A DNA stretch of 32,000 nt, taken from contig NZ_LT934425.1 of NCBI RefSeq assembly GCF_900232105.1, forward strand, positions 2,640,001 through 2,672,000, in the 5' to 3' direction. Below are positions 1 to 9,160 of the stretch, in pieces. The notes below the pieces were generated by a model that was not told where the DNA came from, did no database searches, and saw only the letters and a list, made by a program, of their open reading frames with translations. The translations under genes and the position numbers were made by a program. The DNA is from Candidatus Kuenenia stuttgartensis (GTDB lineage Bacteria > Planctomycetota > Brocadiia > Brocadiales > Brocadiaceae). How positions within the stretch are numbered: position 1 is the stretch's first letter; each line of letters opens with the position of its first letter.

Positions 1-62
1 TTCATAATTTATTAAGTACCAATTTAACAGTAACTTAAATACTGTGAACGGTTACGGTTTTA

Positions 63-175
63 GTAACACTTTCGTTTTTTGAAGAATTCCAATAACAGCG
101 CGACTTGCCGTATTAAAAAGGTAAAAAGGATGGTATAGAGGCGGAGCATTTGCTGTAAACGGATGTTGTTCGTTC
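63..175 (+). repeat. Degenerate copy of the dispersed hairpin/MITE-like repeat also seen at 17599-17736
   Basis: TAACACTTTCGTTTTTTGAAGAATTCCAATAACAGCG (63 on) matches TAACACTTTAGTTTTTTGAAAAATTCCAATAATCGCA (17601 on). GAGGCGGAGCATTTGCTGTAAA near 140-162 matches GGGGCGAAGCATTTGCTGTAAA of the same element, after an insertion of about 35 nt. Confidence 0.6.
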
Positions 176-496
176 CTCACTTGAAACACCTAAGCCCACT
201 AAATTCAAATAGTGCGACGGACCTCGTCACACTACAAAGGACTTTTTCCCGTTTCAAAAGGCTAAGGTGTTACAGGTTTTATGATTGTTCCTGCGTGGTT
301 TTTGTAGTTATTGGCAATTGCAGCAAGCAATATTCAGTATACTTTCGTTTACATATTTGTCAAGAAAATGTAAATATAGGTTTACACATGGGAGGGTATT
401 TTGTATCATAGTGTTGTCGTTGCACCAAAATACTTAAGACAATGAGAAAAGGCATTAATCGATTTACTTATTTTCAATAAAAGGTAATCACTCAAA

Positions 497-1051
497 ATGA
501 AAAAATACATTTCTTTTATCGCCTTTGTAATAAGTCTGTCTTTTTTATTAACGGGATGTACAGGGTTTTCCAAAAAAATTAACGAAATCCAAAAGGAACA
601 AGAAGAACATGCTGCACTCGTTAATAAGAAGATTCAAGACCATGGGCAAATACTTTCAAATTTACAATCTTCCTGCCAAAATATTGAAGGACAAATTGAA
701 GAACTTTCACAAAAAGCCACTAATACGGACAGCGATTATTCAAAACTTCAAACAGCACTGGATACCCTCAATAATAAAATTGAGACAAGAGGTAATTTCC
801 TTGATACTATTTACCCGAAAATCCAAAAACGCATCGATGATCTTGAAATGAAGGTAAATACCCTTCTCGAGATAGAGCATGATTTACAAACTAAGATTAC
901 CGCACTTCAATCACAGTTGTCTGATATCTCGTCTGAAACAAAACAATATGATACTAGTTATGATGAGCTGGGCTACTCGAATAGGTGGCTAAGAAACCTT
1001 TCTAATAAAAAAGGGCAACAGGAGGAGGTTCAGAAACAAGAAAGGAAATAG
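497..1051 (+). CDS. Putative lipoprotein with long coiled-coil region
   Basis: 184-aa ORF. N-terminal signal with lipobox LLTGC (ISLSFLLTGCTG), followed by heptad-like E/Q/L/K-rich sequence. Inverted repeat AGGTTTTA-AAA-TAAAACCT lies downstream at 1103-1121. Confidence 0.8.
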   Translation: MKKYISFIAFVISLSFLLTGCTGFSKKINEIQKEQEEHAALVNKKIQDHGQILSNLQSSCQNIEGQIEELSQKATNTDSDYSKLQTALDTLNNKIETRGNFLDTIYPKIQKRIDDLEMKVNTLLEIEHDLQTKITALQSQLSDISSETKQYDTSYDELGYSNRWLRNLSNKKGQQEEVQKQERK

Positions 1052-1220
1052 TGGGGAAGAACTAACGGAATAGAAAGGAAGATAACGAGGTCACACATTA
1101 GAAGGTTTTAAAATAAAACCTGACTTAATAGGATTTTCATATAGCACTAAGACACTTTTAAGCCGATTTCGGGGCAGAAACTCGATGGACGATTTTTGTT
1201 TTTGTCCGTCAACGAATAGA

Positions 1221-1262
1221 CCGCACAATGACAGAGCAATATCGTTGTGCGGCCTTTTTTTT
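1221..1262 (+). terminator. Rho-independent terminator-like hairpin
   Basis: CCGCACAA (1221-1228) pairs with TTGTGCGG (1245-1252), followed by a T-run. Confidence 0.6.
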
Positions 1263-1332
1263 GGTTTGCATATTTGCGATATTTGCGTTAGCCCGACTTT
1301 CGCAACTCAATGGGTAGATAAATCGCTAAGCC

Positions 1333-1403
1333 AGTAAATACAAGAGGTCCTCTGCTCCGGTGCAAGGGTCATCGGCGCAGATAAGCCCCTCGATATATTT
1401 ACT
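1333..1403. other. Structured intergenic element with nested hairpins, possible ncRNA or cis element
   Basis: Outer arms AGTAAATA (1333-1340) and TATTTACT (1396-1403). Inner hairpin CTGCTCCGGTG-CAAGGGT-CATCGGCGCAG has one mismatch and one G-U pair. Confidence 0.35.
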
Positions 1404-1595
1404 ATGGAGACAAACATGGCGTCCATTTCGCCACTATTTATCCAACATACCGCCAGTCCTTATGTTTAAATTTAAAGAGAAGGATATTTGATTGAAGCAT
1501 TAGTTGTTGTACGTCTCTAATTATGTGAGAATTAGCCGGTCAAGTGAATGCCCCAATTATCAATATTTAATATGTGACTCTAAAAATCCCCTAAA

Positions 1596-1847
1596 ATGAA
1601 TTTAAGTTTCAATACAAAACTAGCAGAAGGATATTCTAGCAATTCGCAAATTGCAAGAGTATTAACTGAAAATTGGGTTAAAGAAAATTCTTATTGTCCT
1701 TGTTGTGGTAATTTTCCATTGAGTGAATTTAAAAACAATAGCCCTGTAGCTGTCTTTTATTGTCTTAAATGCAGCGAAGAATTTGAATTGAAAGGAAATA
1801 GACTCGAAGTGTCTCCTGAATTTGCTCAGGTTTGCGTTGTGGCTTAA
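1596..1847 (+). pseudogene. DpnI-like restriction endonuclease N-terminal/zinc-ribbon fragment
   Basis: 83-aa ORF MNLSFNTKLAEGYSSNSQIARVLTENWVKENSYCPCCGNFPLSEFKNNSPVAVFYCLKCSEEFELKG closely resembles the remembered N-terminus of DpnI (SNSQxARxLTExWV..SYCPxCGNxPL..F.NNxPVAxFYCxxCSEEFELK). It stops right after the second CxxC. Confidence 0.8.
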
Positions 1848-1940
1848 ACTATCATGTGATAGTAATTTTAATTTTCCATGCGGATAGAAGTGATAGTTCC
1901 AACATCAGCCAACATGGCACCGTCTTTGTCCCAATGATAA

Positions 1941-2378
1941 CTACCCTCTTATGCACAAGACGGGGCAAGGGGCATTTCTTATCACATTCTCTGTCACGCT
2001 GCCAATAAACATATGAGAAATGCCCGTACGGCCGTGAGTACCCATAACTATAAGATCTACCCCCACATCGCGGGCTGCTTTTAAAATCTCTTCGAAAGGA
2101 ACACCCGCTCTCATCAGTATTTCAACATTTATACGATGCCTTATTTCTTCAGGAATACTGCTCCTCAATTTCTGTTCTATCTCTGCATCCGTTTCCGCAG
2201 TACGGTTTAACTCAGCGTCAAATTTAAGCCCGCCATAATCAGAGGTATGCTCTTCATGGACATGCATAAGATAAAGCACGGCAGAGTCCTTTATTGCCAA
2301 TTTCTCCGCATATGCAAGCGCATTCATGGAACAATCTGAATAATCTATGGGACAAAGAATTTTCTGATAGTGAATCAT
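1941..2378 (-). CDS. Universal stress protein (UspA family), copy 1
   Basis: 145-aa ORF starting MIHYQKILCPIDYSDCSMNAL, with the ATP-binding motif GTHGRTGISHMFIGSVTENVIRNAPCPVLCIR. Confidence 0.93.
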   Translation of the reverse strand: MIHYQKILCPIDYSDCSMNALAYAEKLAIKDSAVLYLMHVHEEHTSDYGGLKFDAELNRTAETDAEIEQKLRSSIPEEIRHRINVEILMRAGVPFEEILKAARDVGVDLIVMGTHGRTGISHMFIGSVTENVIRNAPCPVLCIRG

Positions 2379-2394
2379 TTTTATCTCGGAGTAT

Positions 2395-5300
2395 TCAGTT
2401 TAACACTGCCCCTTCTAATTCCTTTTTTCTTTTAGTAACAGGAAGAATCTCAGGTGAACAGCCTTTCTTTAGCAAGATGTTTCTTAAAAGAGAGGGGCAT
2501 ATGATGGAAGTAAATACAATTGCCATAATAACAGAAGAAAATACCGTATCACTTAACATTCCCATATCCCTGCCAAGTCCTGCCAGAATTAATGTCCCCT
2601 CCATCTTTGTCGCCATCCCTATGCCTATGGCCAGACGGTTTATACCTTTCTCAATCGGGCAAACGCTGCAAAACATCTTTCCGATAACGGCAGCGCCTGT
2701 TATGGCAAGGCCGAGGAGGAGGGCATTTAGATTGAAAAAACTCCCCAGTTCTACCTGCGCCCCCACCCGAACAAAAAGTATCGGTACAAGGAGCATATAA
2801 AATGGTCTTATAAACGATTCAACATTACGATGCTCCTTATCATCAGAGTTCCTTAGCTTCACATTCCGCAGGAATAAGCCTGCAACAAATGCGCCTATTA
2901 CCGTGTGGAGTCCTACAGACCCAAACATAAAGACTAATAAAAGTGATAAAATTACCACTATGGGTATATTTAAACCCTCCGTAAGCCTTTTCGTGAGAAA
3001 ATTCCCAAACTTATCACCATATTTTACGATAACAATCAAACTGATTATCAGAGAAGTGATTGCTACGCCAAAGCTGAGGGACATACCTACGAGAGAACCT
3101 CCTCCTTTTACAACAAATCCACTTACTACACCGAAGGTTAAAATTACAATAATATCGGTAAGAATAGTAGCACCGGCCATTACCCTTCCTTCCAGGGTAT
3201 TTATTGCCTTTAATTCGCTCAAAACCGCAAGTAATAATCCGGTACTCGAATTACAAAGAACGATTGCCAAAAGAAGTTTCGTGCCGCTTGAGATATCCGG
3301 AAGGAGAAAATGCCCAACCATAAGTCCCAGTCCTGCAGGGGCTATTATACCGCCCAAACATACCAGGAGAGAAGATGTTCCTACCCGTAATAATGCCCTG
3401 AGGTCTGTATTGAGACCAGCGGTAAAAAGAAGTATCAACGTTCCAAAGTATGATATCATCTTTACGAATGGCATAGTCCTGAGAAAATCGAAAAAATCCC
3501 ATCCGGTAAAGGTGATGACGTTACCCAGTATCATTCCCACTATCAGCTTTCCTACTACAGCAGGAAGCCGCAACCTCCTTGCCAGCCATTCTGCTATCTT
3601 GGCGGCGATAAGTATTATGGCGACGGCAAGGATTACCGCATGGGTTGGATCTTTATGCCATATCTCCCAGCCATTACCTGAATCTTTCCCTTTTTTCACT
3701 GCGGCTATGCGGCGTTCTCCTGAAGCTATTACCGTTGTGGATTCACCAGCATCCTTTCTCGGCGGTTCCGTATCTCTATCTTCCTTCCCCTGTAAAAAAC
3801 CTTCAAGAGGCGTAGAAGGCAACCTCTCCACGGAGGCATTTGGGGAGGACTTACTTCCTCCATAAGGCGACGGCTCCTCCTTTTCTCCTGTAATCAGTGA
3901 TTCTTCCACGTCAACGGATGCAGCGGAATATGTCGGCGTAGGTGCAGGCGCAGGCGTGTCGGAGAGGACACTTTTTTCTTCTGTATCTCTGTGATTTTCC
4001 GTAAGAATACTATGCTGCGGCGGAACTTCCCCTATTGATGATTCATCTCTTGTATGCTCTTCTGTTCCATGAGGAGTTTCGTTTTCAATAGGAATCGCCT
4101 GAGATAATTCTCCTTCCGGCGATGGCGTGTGGATTTCTCTTTCTTCCTCAATCAAAGATTGCCCATGGACAGTGGGTGTAACAGGTAGAATCGGCATTGG
4201 TGTAACAAGTGTATTATCTTGTGCCGTGGTATCCGAAAGTGCCTCTTTTGCAAGAATATCAGTATCGCTGCGACTCCCTGTAGTGATGGCATGCTGTGGC
4301 GGAACCTCTTTTATTGATGATTCTTCTTCAGGATGCTCTTCTGTTCCATGAGGAGTTTCGTTTTCAATAGGAATCGCCTGAGATAATTCTCCTTCCGGCG
4401 ATGGCGTGTGGATTTCCCTTTCTTCCTCAATCAAAGATTGCCCATGGACAGTGGGTGTAACAGGTAGAATCGGCATTGGTGTAACAAGTGTATTATCTTG
4501 TGCCGTGGTATCCGAAAGTGCCTCTTTTGCAAGAATATCAGTATCGCTGCGACTCCCTGTAGTGATGGCATGCTGTGGCGGAACCTCTTTTATTGATGAT
4601 TCTTCTTCAGGATGCTCTTCTGTTCCATGAGGAGTTTCGTTTTCAATAGGAATCGCCTGAGATAATTCTCCTTCCGGCGATGGCGTGTGGATTTCCCTTT
4701 CTTCCTCAATCAAAGATTGCTCATGGCCAGTGGGTGTAACAGGCAGAATAGGCATTGGTGTAGCAATGGTATTATCTTGTGCTGTGGTATCCGAAAGTGC
4801 CTCTTTTGCAAGAATATCAGTATCGCTGCGACTTTCTGTAGTGATGGCATGCTGTGGTGGAACCTCTTTTATTGATGATTCTTCTCCGGGATGCTCTTCT
4901 GTTGCATGAGGATCTCTTCTCGCAATAGGAATGGCCTGAGATAATTCTCCTTCTGGCGATGGTGTATGGATTTCTTTTTCTTCTTCAACCAAAGATTGCC
5001 CATAACCAGTGGGTGTAACAGAGGGAATCGGTGTTGGCGTAGCTACAATATTATCTCGCCCTGTGGTATCCGAAAGCGCCTCTTCTGCGTGAACAATCGG
5101 CCGGTCATCTTTATTGGTGTGTGCTATTTTCTGCGAATACTTATTTTCTGCATGTTCAGAAGTATAGGGTTCTTCTTTTTCAGTTGTGATAACATCGCTA
5201 TTACTATTCGGCGTCTGAATACCGACGTCTCTCATATCAACCGTTGTGGGGGATGGGTGTTCTATAACAGGCGTTTGAATGGGTTGATTGTCCCCAGCAA

Positions 5301-5487
5301 TAGTTTGTGTCCCATTTTCTTCTACTGCTAAAGAAACCCTTTCTTTTTGAGTGTCGGCATGAATTGGTTGTGAATCGTTGGAAGGTTCCAAATGCTTCGC
5401 TTCCAACACTGGCGCACCTAACATATCGGTACAATACAGGGAGATGAATACTATCAGAAAAACCAGGCTGGATTTGTAGCTACTCAT
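2395..5487 (-). CDS. Kef/CPA2-type cation:proton antiporter with long N-terminal Pro/Glu/Thr-rich tandem-repeat extension, copy 1
   Basis: 1030-aa ORF: signal-like N-terminus, about 560 aa of hydrophilic repeats, then a multi-TM domain (LRLPAVVGKLIVGMILGNV, LILLFTAGLNTDLRALLR, LHTVIGAFVAGLFLRN) typical of Na+/H+ exchangers. Confidence 0.9.
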   Translation of the reverse strand: MSSYKSSLVFLIVFISLYCTDMLGAPVLEAKHLEPSNDSQPIHADTQKERVSLAVEENGTQTIAGDNQPIQTPVIEHPSPTTVDMRDVGIQTPNSNSDVITTEKEEPYTSEHAENKYSQKIAHTNKDDRPIVHAEEALSDTTGRDNIVATPTPIPSVTPTGYGQSLVEEEKEIHTPSPEGELSQAIPIARRDPHATEEHPGEESSIKEVPPQHAITTESRSDTDILAKEALSDTTAQDNTIATPMPILPVTPTGHEQSLIEEEREIHTPSPEGELSQAIPIENETPHGTEEHPEEESSIKEVPPQHAITTGSRSDTDILAKEALSDTTAQDNTLVTPMPILPVTPTVHGQSLIEEEREIHTPSPEGELSQAIPIENETPHGTEEHPEEESSIKEVPPQHAITTGSRSDTDILAKEALSDTTAQDNTLVTPMPILPVTPTVHGQSLIEEEREIHTPSPEGELSQAIPIENETPHGTEEHTRDESSIGEVPPQHSILTENHRDTEEKSVLSDTPAPAPTPTYSAASVDVEESLITGEKEEPSPYGGSKSSPNASVERLPSTPLEGFLQGKEDRDTEPPRKDAGESTTVIASGERRIAAVKKGKDSGNGWEIWHKDPTHAVILAVAIILIAAKIAEWLARRLRLPAVVGKLIVGMILGNVITFTGWDFFDFLRTMPFVKMISYFGTLILLFTAGLNTDLRALLRVGTSSLLVCLGGIIAPAGLGLMVGHFLLPDISSGTKLLLAIVLCNSSTGLLLAVLSELKAINTLEGRVMAGATILTDIIVILTFGVVSGFVVKGGGSLVGMSLSFGVAITSLIISLIVIVKYGDKFGNFLTKRLTEGLNIPIVVILSLLLVFMFGSVGLHTVIGAFVAGLFLRNVKLRNSDDKEHRNVESFIRPFYMLLVPILFVRVGAQVELGSFFNLNALLLGLAITGAAVIGKMFCSVCPIEKGINRLAIGIGMATKMEGTLILAGLGRDMGMLSDTVFSSVIMAIVFTSIICPSLLRNILLKKGCSPEILPVTKRKKELEGAVLN
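3973..5082 (-). repeat. Four in-frame ~93-aa (279-nt) tandem repeats in antiporter copy 1
   Basis: Units begin EALSDTT.QDN at 5082, 4803, 4524 and 4245. The last unit is about 91 aa and diverges at its end. Confidence 0.95.
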
Positions 5488-5939
5488 GAAAGCATTGTGG
5501 GCTAGAGAACTTTCTGCGAGGATAGAATTAAGAACAACAGAATCAATATATTTACATTATAAAACAGGAAACATCTTAAATACAGAAAAAGTTTCGCAAG
5601 GGTTCAATATATTTTTAATTGGGGTATTTACCTGAATTTGTTAAGTATTGCTAAATATTTTAATGATTTTGTGTTTTATGCCCTTGATAAATTAATTTTA
5701 GATGATTATACTATGTCTCATTTCTTTGTTGGAAGGGGGTATTATTTCTTACGATTTAACTTTCGTTAAAACCTTTTGACTTTTATCAAATGTCGTCGGT
5801 TCTATTTGTGTTGCCTTTTGAAGAAGCCGGTAGAAAAGCTTGCCGCGATATTTCGAGGTTATCCGGTTGAATCTAAACGTATACTCAAAATAATACAATC
5901 CTCAATCTGCAATTTGCCGACTGTAGATTACTGACAGCC

Positions 5940-6378
5940 TTACCCCCTTATGCACAATACAGGACAAGGGGCGTTTCTTATCACCTTCTCTGCCACACTA
6001 CCAATAAACATATGGGAAATGCCCGTACGGCCGTGAGTACCCATAACTATAAGATCTATCCCAATATCTCTGGCTGCTTTTAAAATCCCTTCACAGGTGT
6101 CCCCCGCCCTCATCAATATTTCAATATTTATACAGCACCTTATTTCTTCTGGAATACTGCTAATAAATTTCTGTTCTATCTCTGCATCCGTTTCCTCGGT
6201 ACGGTTTAACTCCGTGTCAAATTTAAGCCCGCCATAATCAGAGGCATGTTCTTCCTTTACATAAATAAGATAAAGGCCTGGCAGTTTCCCTTGTTGCCAA
6301 TTTTGCCGCATATGCAAGCGCATTCATGGCACAATTTAAATAATCAACGGGACAAAGGATTTTCCGATAGTGAATCAT
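5940..6378 (-). pseudogene. Universal stress protein copy 2, frameshifted near its N-terminus
   Basis: Start at 6378 reads MIHYRKILCPVDYLNCAMNALAYAAKLA. The remainder (LYLIYVKEEHASDYGGLKFDTEL...GTHGRTGISHMFIGSVAEKVIRNAPCPVLCIRG) is in a different frame, with the shift around 6270-6290. Confidence 0.8.
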
Positions 6379-6380
6379 TT

Positions 6381-8879
6381 TTACCCCTGTGTATTCAGTT
6401 TAACGCAGCCCTTTTTAATTCCTTCTTCTGCTTTTGCAACAGAGACGATGTCTTGTGCGTCGCCCTTCTTCTGCAGGAATGCCCTTAAAAAATAAGGACA
6501 TATGATAGAGGTAAGCACGATTACCATAATAGCAGAGGAAAATACGGCGCTGTTAAATATTTCCATATCTCTGCCTATTCCTGCAAGTATTAGAGTCCCT
6601 TCCATCTTTATCGCCATACCTATGCCTATAGTCAAACGATTTACTCCGCGCTCAATCGGGCAAACGCTGCAAAACATCTTTCCTGCAATAGCGGCACCCG
6701 TTATAGCAAGTCCGAGGATCGCTGTATTTACATGTAAAAAACTCATTAGATCAACCTGCGCCCCCACTTTAACAAAAAGTATTGGCACTATAATCTTATA
6801 AAATGGCCTTATAAAAGATTCAATAGTACGATATTCTTCTTCGTCGAATTCGTCGGAATCACTTAGTTTTACATTCCGCAGGAATAACCCTGCAACAAAT
6901 GCCCCTATTACTGTATGAAGCCCAATTGTTCCAGTCATAAAGGCTAACAAGAGGCACAAAACTATTACAATAGGAATATTTAATCCCTCTTTAGCTCTTT
7001 TCGTTAAAAAGCTGCCGAATTTTTCGCTATATCTCAAAATAATTACTAACGCAATGGTAAGGAAAGAAATTGCGATACACACGCTAACTAAAATATGCAG
7101 GAAAGAATTCCCTTCACGAGCGACAAATCCGCTAACGAGGCCGAAGGATAAAATAACCATGATCTCTGTAAGAACGCCGGCACCGATGAGTATCCTTCCT
7201 TCCAGGGTATTCATAGCCTTTAATTCGCCTAAAATTGCCGTTAATAATCCCATTCCTGTACTGGCCAAAATAATTGCTAAAAGCATCTTTGTACCATTTG
7301 AGGCATCAGGAAGGAAGAAATGCCCTGCCACAAGACCCAGTCCGGCAGGGACGATAATACCGCCCATGCACACCAGTAAAGAGGAAGCCCCTGCCCGTAA
7401 TAACATCCTGATATCGGTATGAAGCCCTGCGGTAAAGAGAAGTATCAACGTTCCAAAATATGATATCATCTTTAAAAAGGGCATTGTCTTGAGAAATTCG
7501 AAAAAATCCCCTCCGGTAAAGATATAGATATTGCCTAACACTAGTCCTGCCAATAGATTACCCACTACCGAAGGCAACTGAACGTTTTTTGCCAGCAATT
7601 CTCCTATCTTGGCAGCAATAAGTATTATGGCGATGGCAAGGATCACACTATGGGATGGATCTTTGTGCAATATATCCCAGGCAGGCCTTGAAACTCCCTC
7701 TTCTTTCACAGTGTCTAAGCGGTGTTCTTCTGAAGCTATTCCTGTTGTTGATTCATCGGTATCCTTTGTTGGCAGTCCAGCATCTCTCTCTTCATTCACC
7801 TGAGAAGAACCTTCAATATGCGTAAACGGCAACAACTCCAAGGGGATAGTTGGCGCTCCGCGTTCTACATCATGCGATGGCTTATCCTTTTCTATCGGAA
7901 CCAGTGATTCTTCTGTGTGAGCGGATGCAGCAGGATATTCCGGAGTTGGAACAGGCATGGCGGAGATGGCGCCTTTTTCTTCAGCATCTCCCGGAGTCGC
8001 TGTAATTATAGCATGCTGCGGCTCAATTTCCTCTATCGATGACTCATCTCCGGGATGCTCTTCTGTTCCATGAGGAGTTTCGTTTTCAATAGGAATCGCC
8101 TGAGATAATTCTACTTCCGGAGATGGCGTGTGGATTTCCCTTTCTTCCTCAATCAAAGACTGCCCATGGACAGTGGGTGTAACAGGTAGAATCGGCATTG
8201 GTGTAACAAGTGTATTATCTTGTGCCGTGGTATCCGAAAGTGCCTCTTCTGCAAGAATATCAGTATCGCTGCGACTCTCTGTAGTGATGGCATGCTGTGG
8301 CGGAACCTCTTTTATCGATGATTCTTCTTCAAGATGCTCTTCTGTTGCATGCGGAGCGCTTATCTCAATAGGAATAGCCTGAGATAATTCTCCCTCTGGC
8401 GATGGTGTTGGTGTATGGATTTCCTTTTCTTTTTCAACCAAAGAGTGCCCATAGCCCGTAGGTATAACAGAGAGAATCGGTGTTGGCGTAGCCATGATAT
8501 TATCTTGCTCTGTGGTATCCGAAAGCGCCTCTTCTGTGGGAACAATCGGCCGGTCATCTTCATTGGGGTGTGCTATTTTCTGCGGATACTTATTTTCTTC
8601 ATGTTCAGAAATAATATAAGGTTCTTCTTTTTCTGTTATGATATTGTTGCTATTACTATCCGGCGTTTGAATGGGCTTATTGCCCCCTGCAGTAGTCTGT
8701 GTACCATTTTCTTCTACCGTTAAAGAATCTCTTTCTTTTTGAGTGTCGATATGGATCGATTGTGAATCATTGGAAGGTTCCAAATGCTTCGCTTCTAATT
8801 CCGGCGTACCTAACATAATAACACAGAACAGGGATATGAAAACTATAAGAAAAGCCAGGCTGGATTTGTAGCTACTCAT
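6381..8879 (-). CDS. Kef/CPA2-type cation:proton antiporter with N-terminal repeat extension, copy 2
   Basis: 832-aa ORF colinear with 2395-5487 in signal, repeats, TM domain and C-terminal GKMFCSVCPIE motif. Confidence 0.9.
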   Translation of the reverse strand: MSSYKSSLAFLIVFISLFCVIMLGTPELEAKHLEPSNDSQSIHIDTQKERDSLTVEENGTQTTAGGNKPIQTPDSNSNNIITEKEEPYIISEHEENKYPQKIAHPNEDDRPIVPTEEALSDTTEQDNIMATPTPILSVIPTGYGHSLVEKEKEIHTPTPSPEGELSQAIPIEISAPHATEEHLEEESSIKEVPPQHAITTESRSDTDILAEEALSDTTAQDNTLVTPMPILPVTPTVHGQSLIEEEREIHTPSPEVELSQAIPIENETPHGTEEHPGDESSIEEIEPQHAIITATPGDAEEKGAISAMPVPTPEYPAASAHTEESLVPIEKDKPSHDVERGAPTIPLELLPFTHIEGSSQVNEERDAGLPTKDTDESTTGIASEEHRLDTVKEEGVSRPAWDILHKDPSHSVILAIAIILIAAKIGELLAKNVQLPSVVGNLLAGLVLGNIYIFTGGDFFEFLKTMPFLKMISYFGTLILLFTAGLHTDIRMLLRAGASSLLVCMGGIIVPAGLGLVAGHFFLPDASNGTKMLLAIILASTGMGLLTAILGELKAMNTLEGRILIGAGVLTEIMVILSFGLVSGFVAREGNSFLHILVSVCIAISFLTIALVIILRYSEKFGSFLTKRAKEGLNIPIVIVLCLLLAFMTGTIGLHTVIGAFVAGLFLRNVKLSDSDEFDEEEYRTIESFIRPFYKIIVPILFVKVGAQVDLMSFLHVNTAILGLAITGAAIAGKMFCSVCPIERGVNRLTIGIGMAIKMEGTLILAGIGRDMEIFNSAVFSSAIMVIVLTSIICPYFLRAFLQKKGDAQDIVSVAKAEEGIKKGCVKLNTQG
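7974..8531 (-). repeat. Two ~91-95-aa repeats in antiporter copy 2
   Basis: Units begin EALSDTT at 8531 and 8246. The second unit is nearly identical in sequence to units in copy 1. Confidence 0.93.
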
Positions 8880-9033
8880 AAAAGCATTATAGGCGAAAAA
8901 ACTTTCTGCATGGATAGAATTAAGAACAACAGCGTCAATATATTTGCATTATAAAACAGGAAACATCTTAAATACAGAAAAAGTTTAGCAAGGGTTCAAT
9001 ATATTTTTAATTGGGGTATTTACCTGAATTTGT

Positions 9034-9160
9034 GTAACTATTCAGCGTAAACGATACACGGCTCGTTCCCAAACCTTGTACTGAACATAGTGAAGTATCT
9101 GTTTGGGAACGAGTTGCGCTCTTATCTCCGGTAGTTTAATAAATTACACTGAATAGTTAC
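9034..9160. mobile_element. 127-bp MITE with 12-bp perfect TIRs and 8-bp TSD
   Basis: TIRs GTAACTATTCAG (9034-9045) and CTGAATAGTTAC (9149-9160). Flanked by direct repeats GAATTTGT (9026-9033 and 9161-9168). Internal palindrome CTCGTTCCCAAAC...GTTTGGGAACGAG. The paralogous locus at 5634-5641 has a single GAATTTGT and no insert. Confidence 0.93.

Noticed and set aside
163-411. 82-aa ORF at the left edge
   Set aside because: It overlaps the degenerate repeat and palindromic sequence. The composition is not protein-like and there are no recognisable motifs.
2903-3865. 320-aa + strand ORF opposite the antiporter
   Set aside because: The low-complexity basic translation with no family motifs mirrors the antisense of a TM-rich coding region. 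The - strand gene is clearly the real one. The same applies to 2294-2800, 6502-6801 and 7054-7422.
4127-4909. Three regularly spaced 74-aa + strand ORFs (MWISLSSSIKDC...), which look like a gene family or a repeat array
   Set aside because: They are antisense shadows of the 279-nt coding repeats in the - strand antiporter. The spacing and identity are explained by the protein repeats. Not a CRISPR array: the units are 279 nt with no short repeat/spacer structure.
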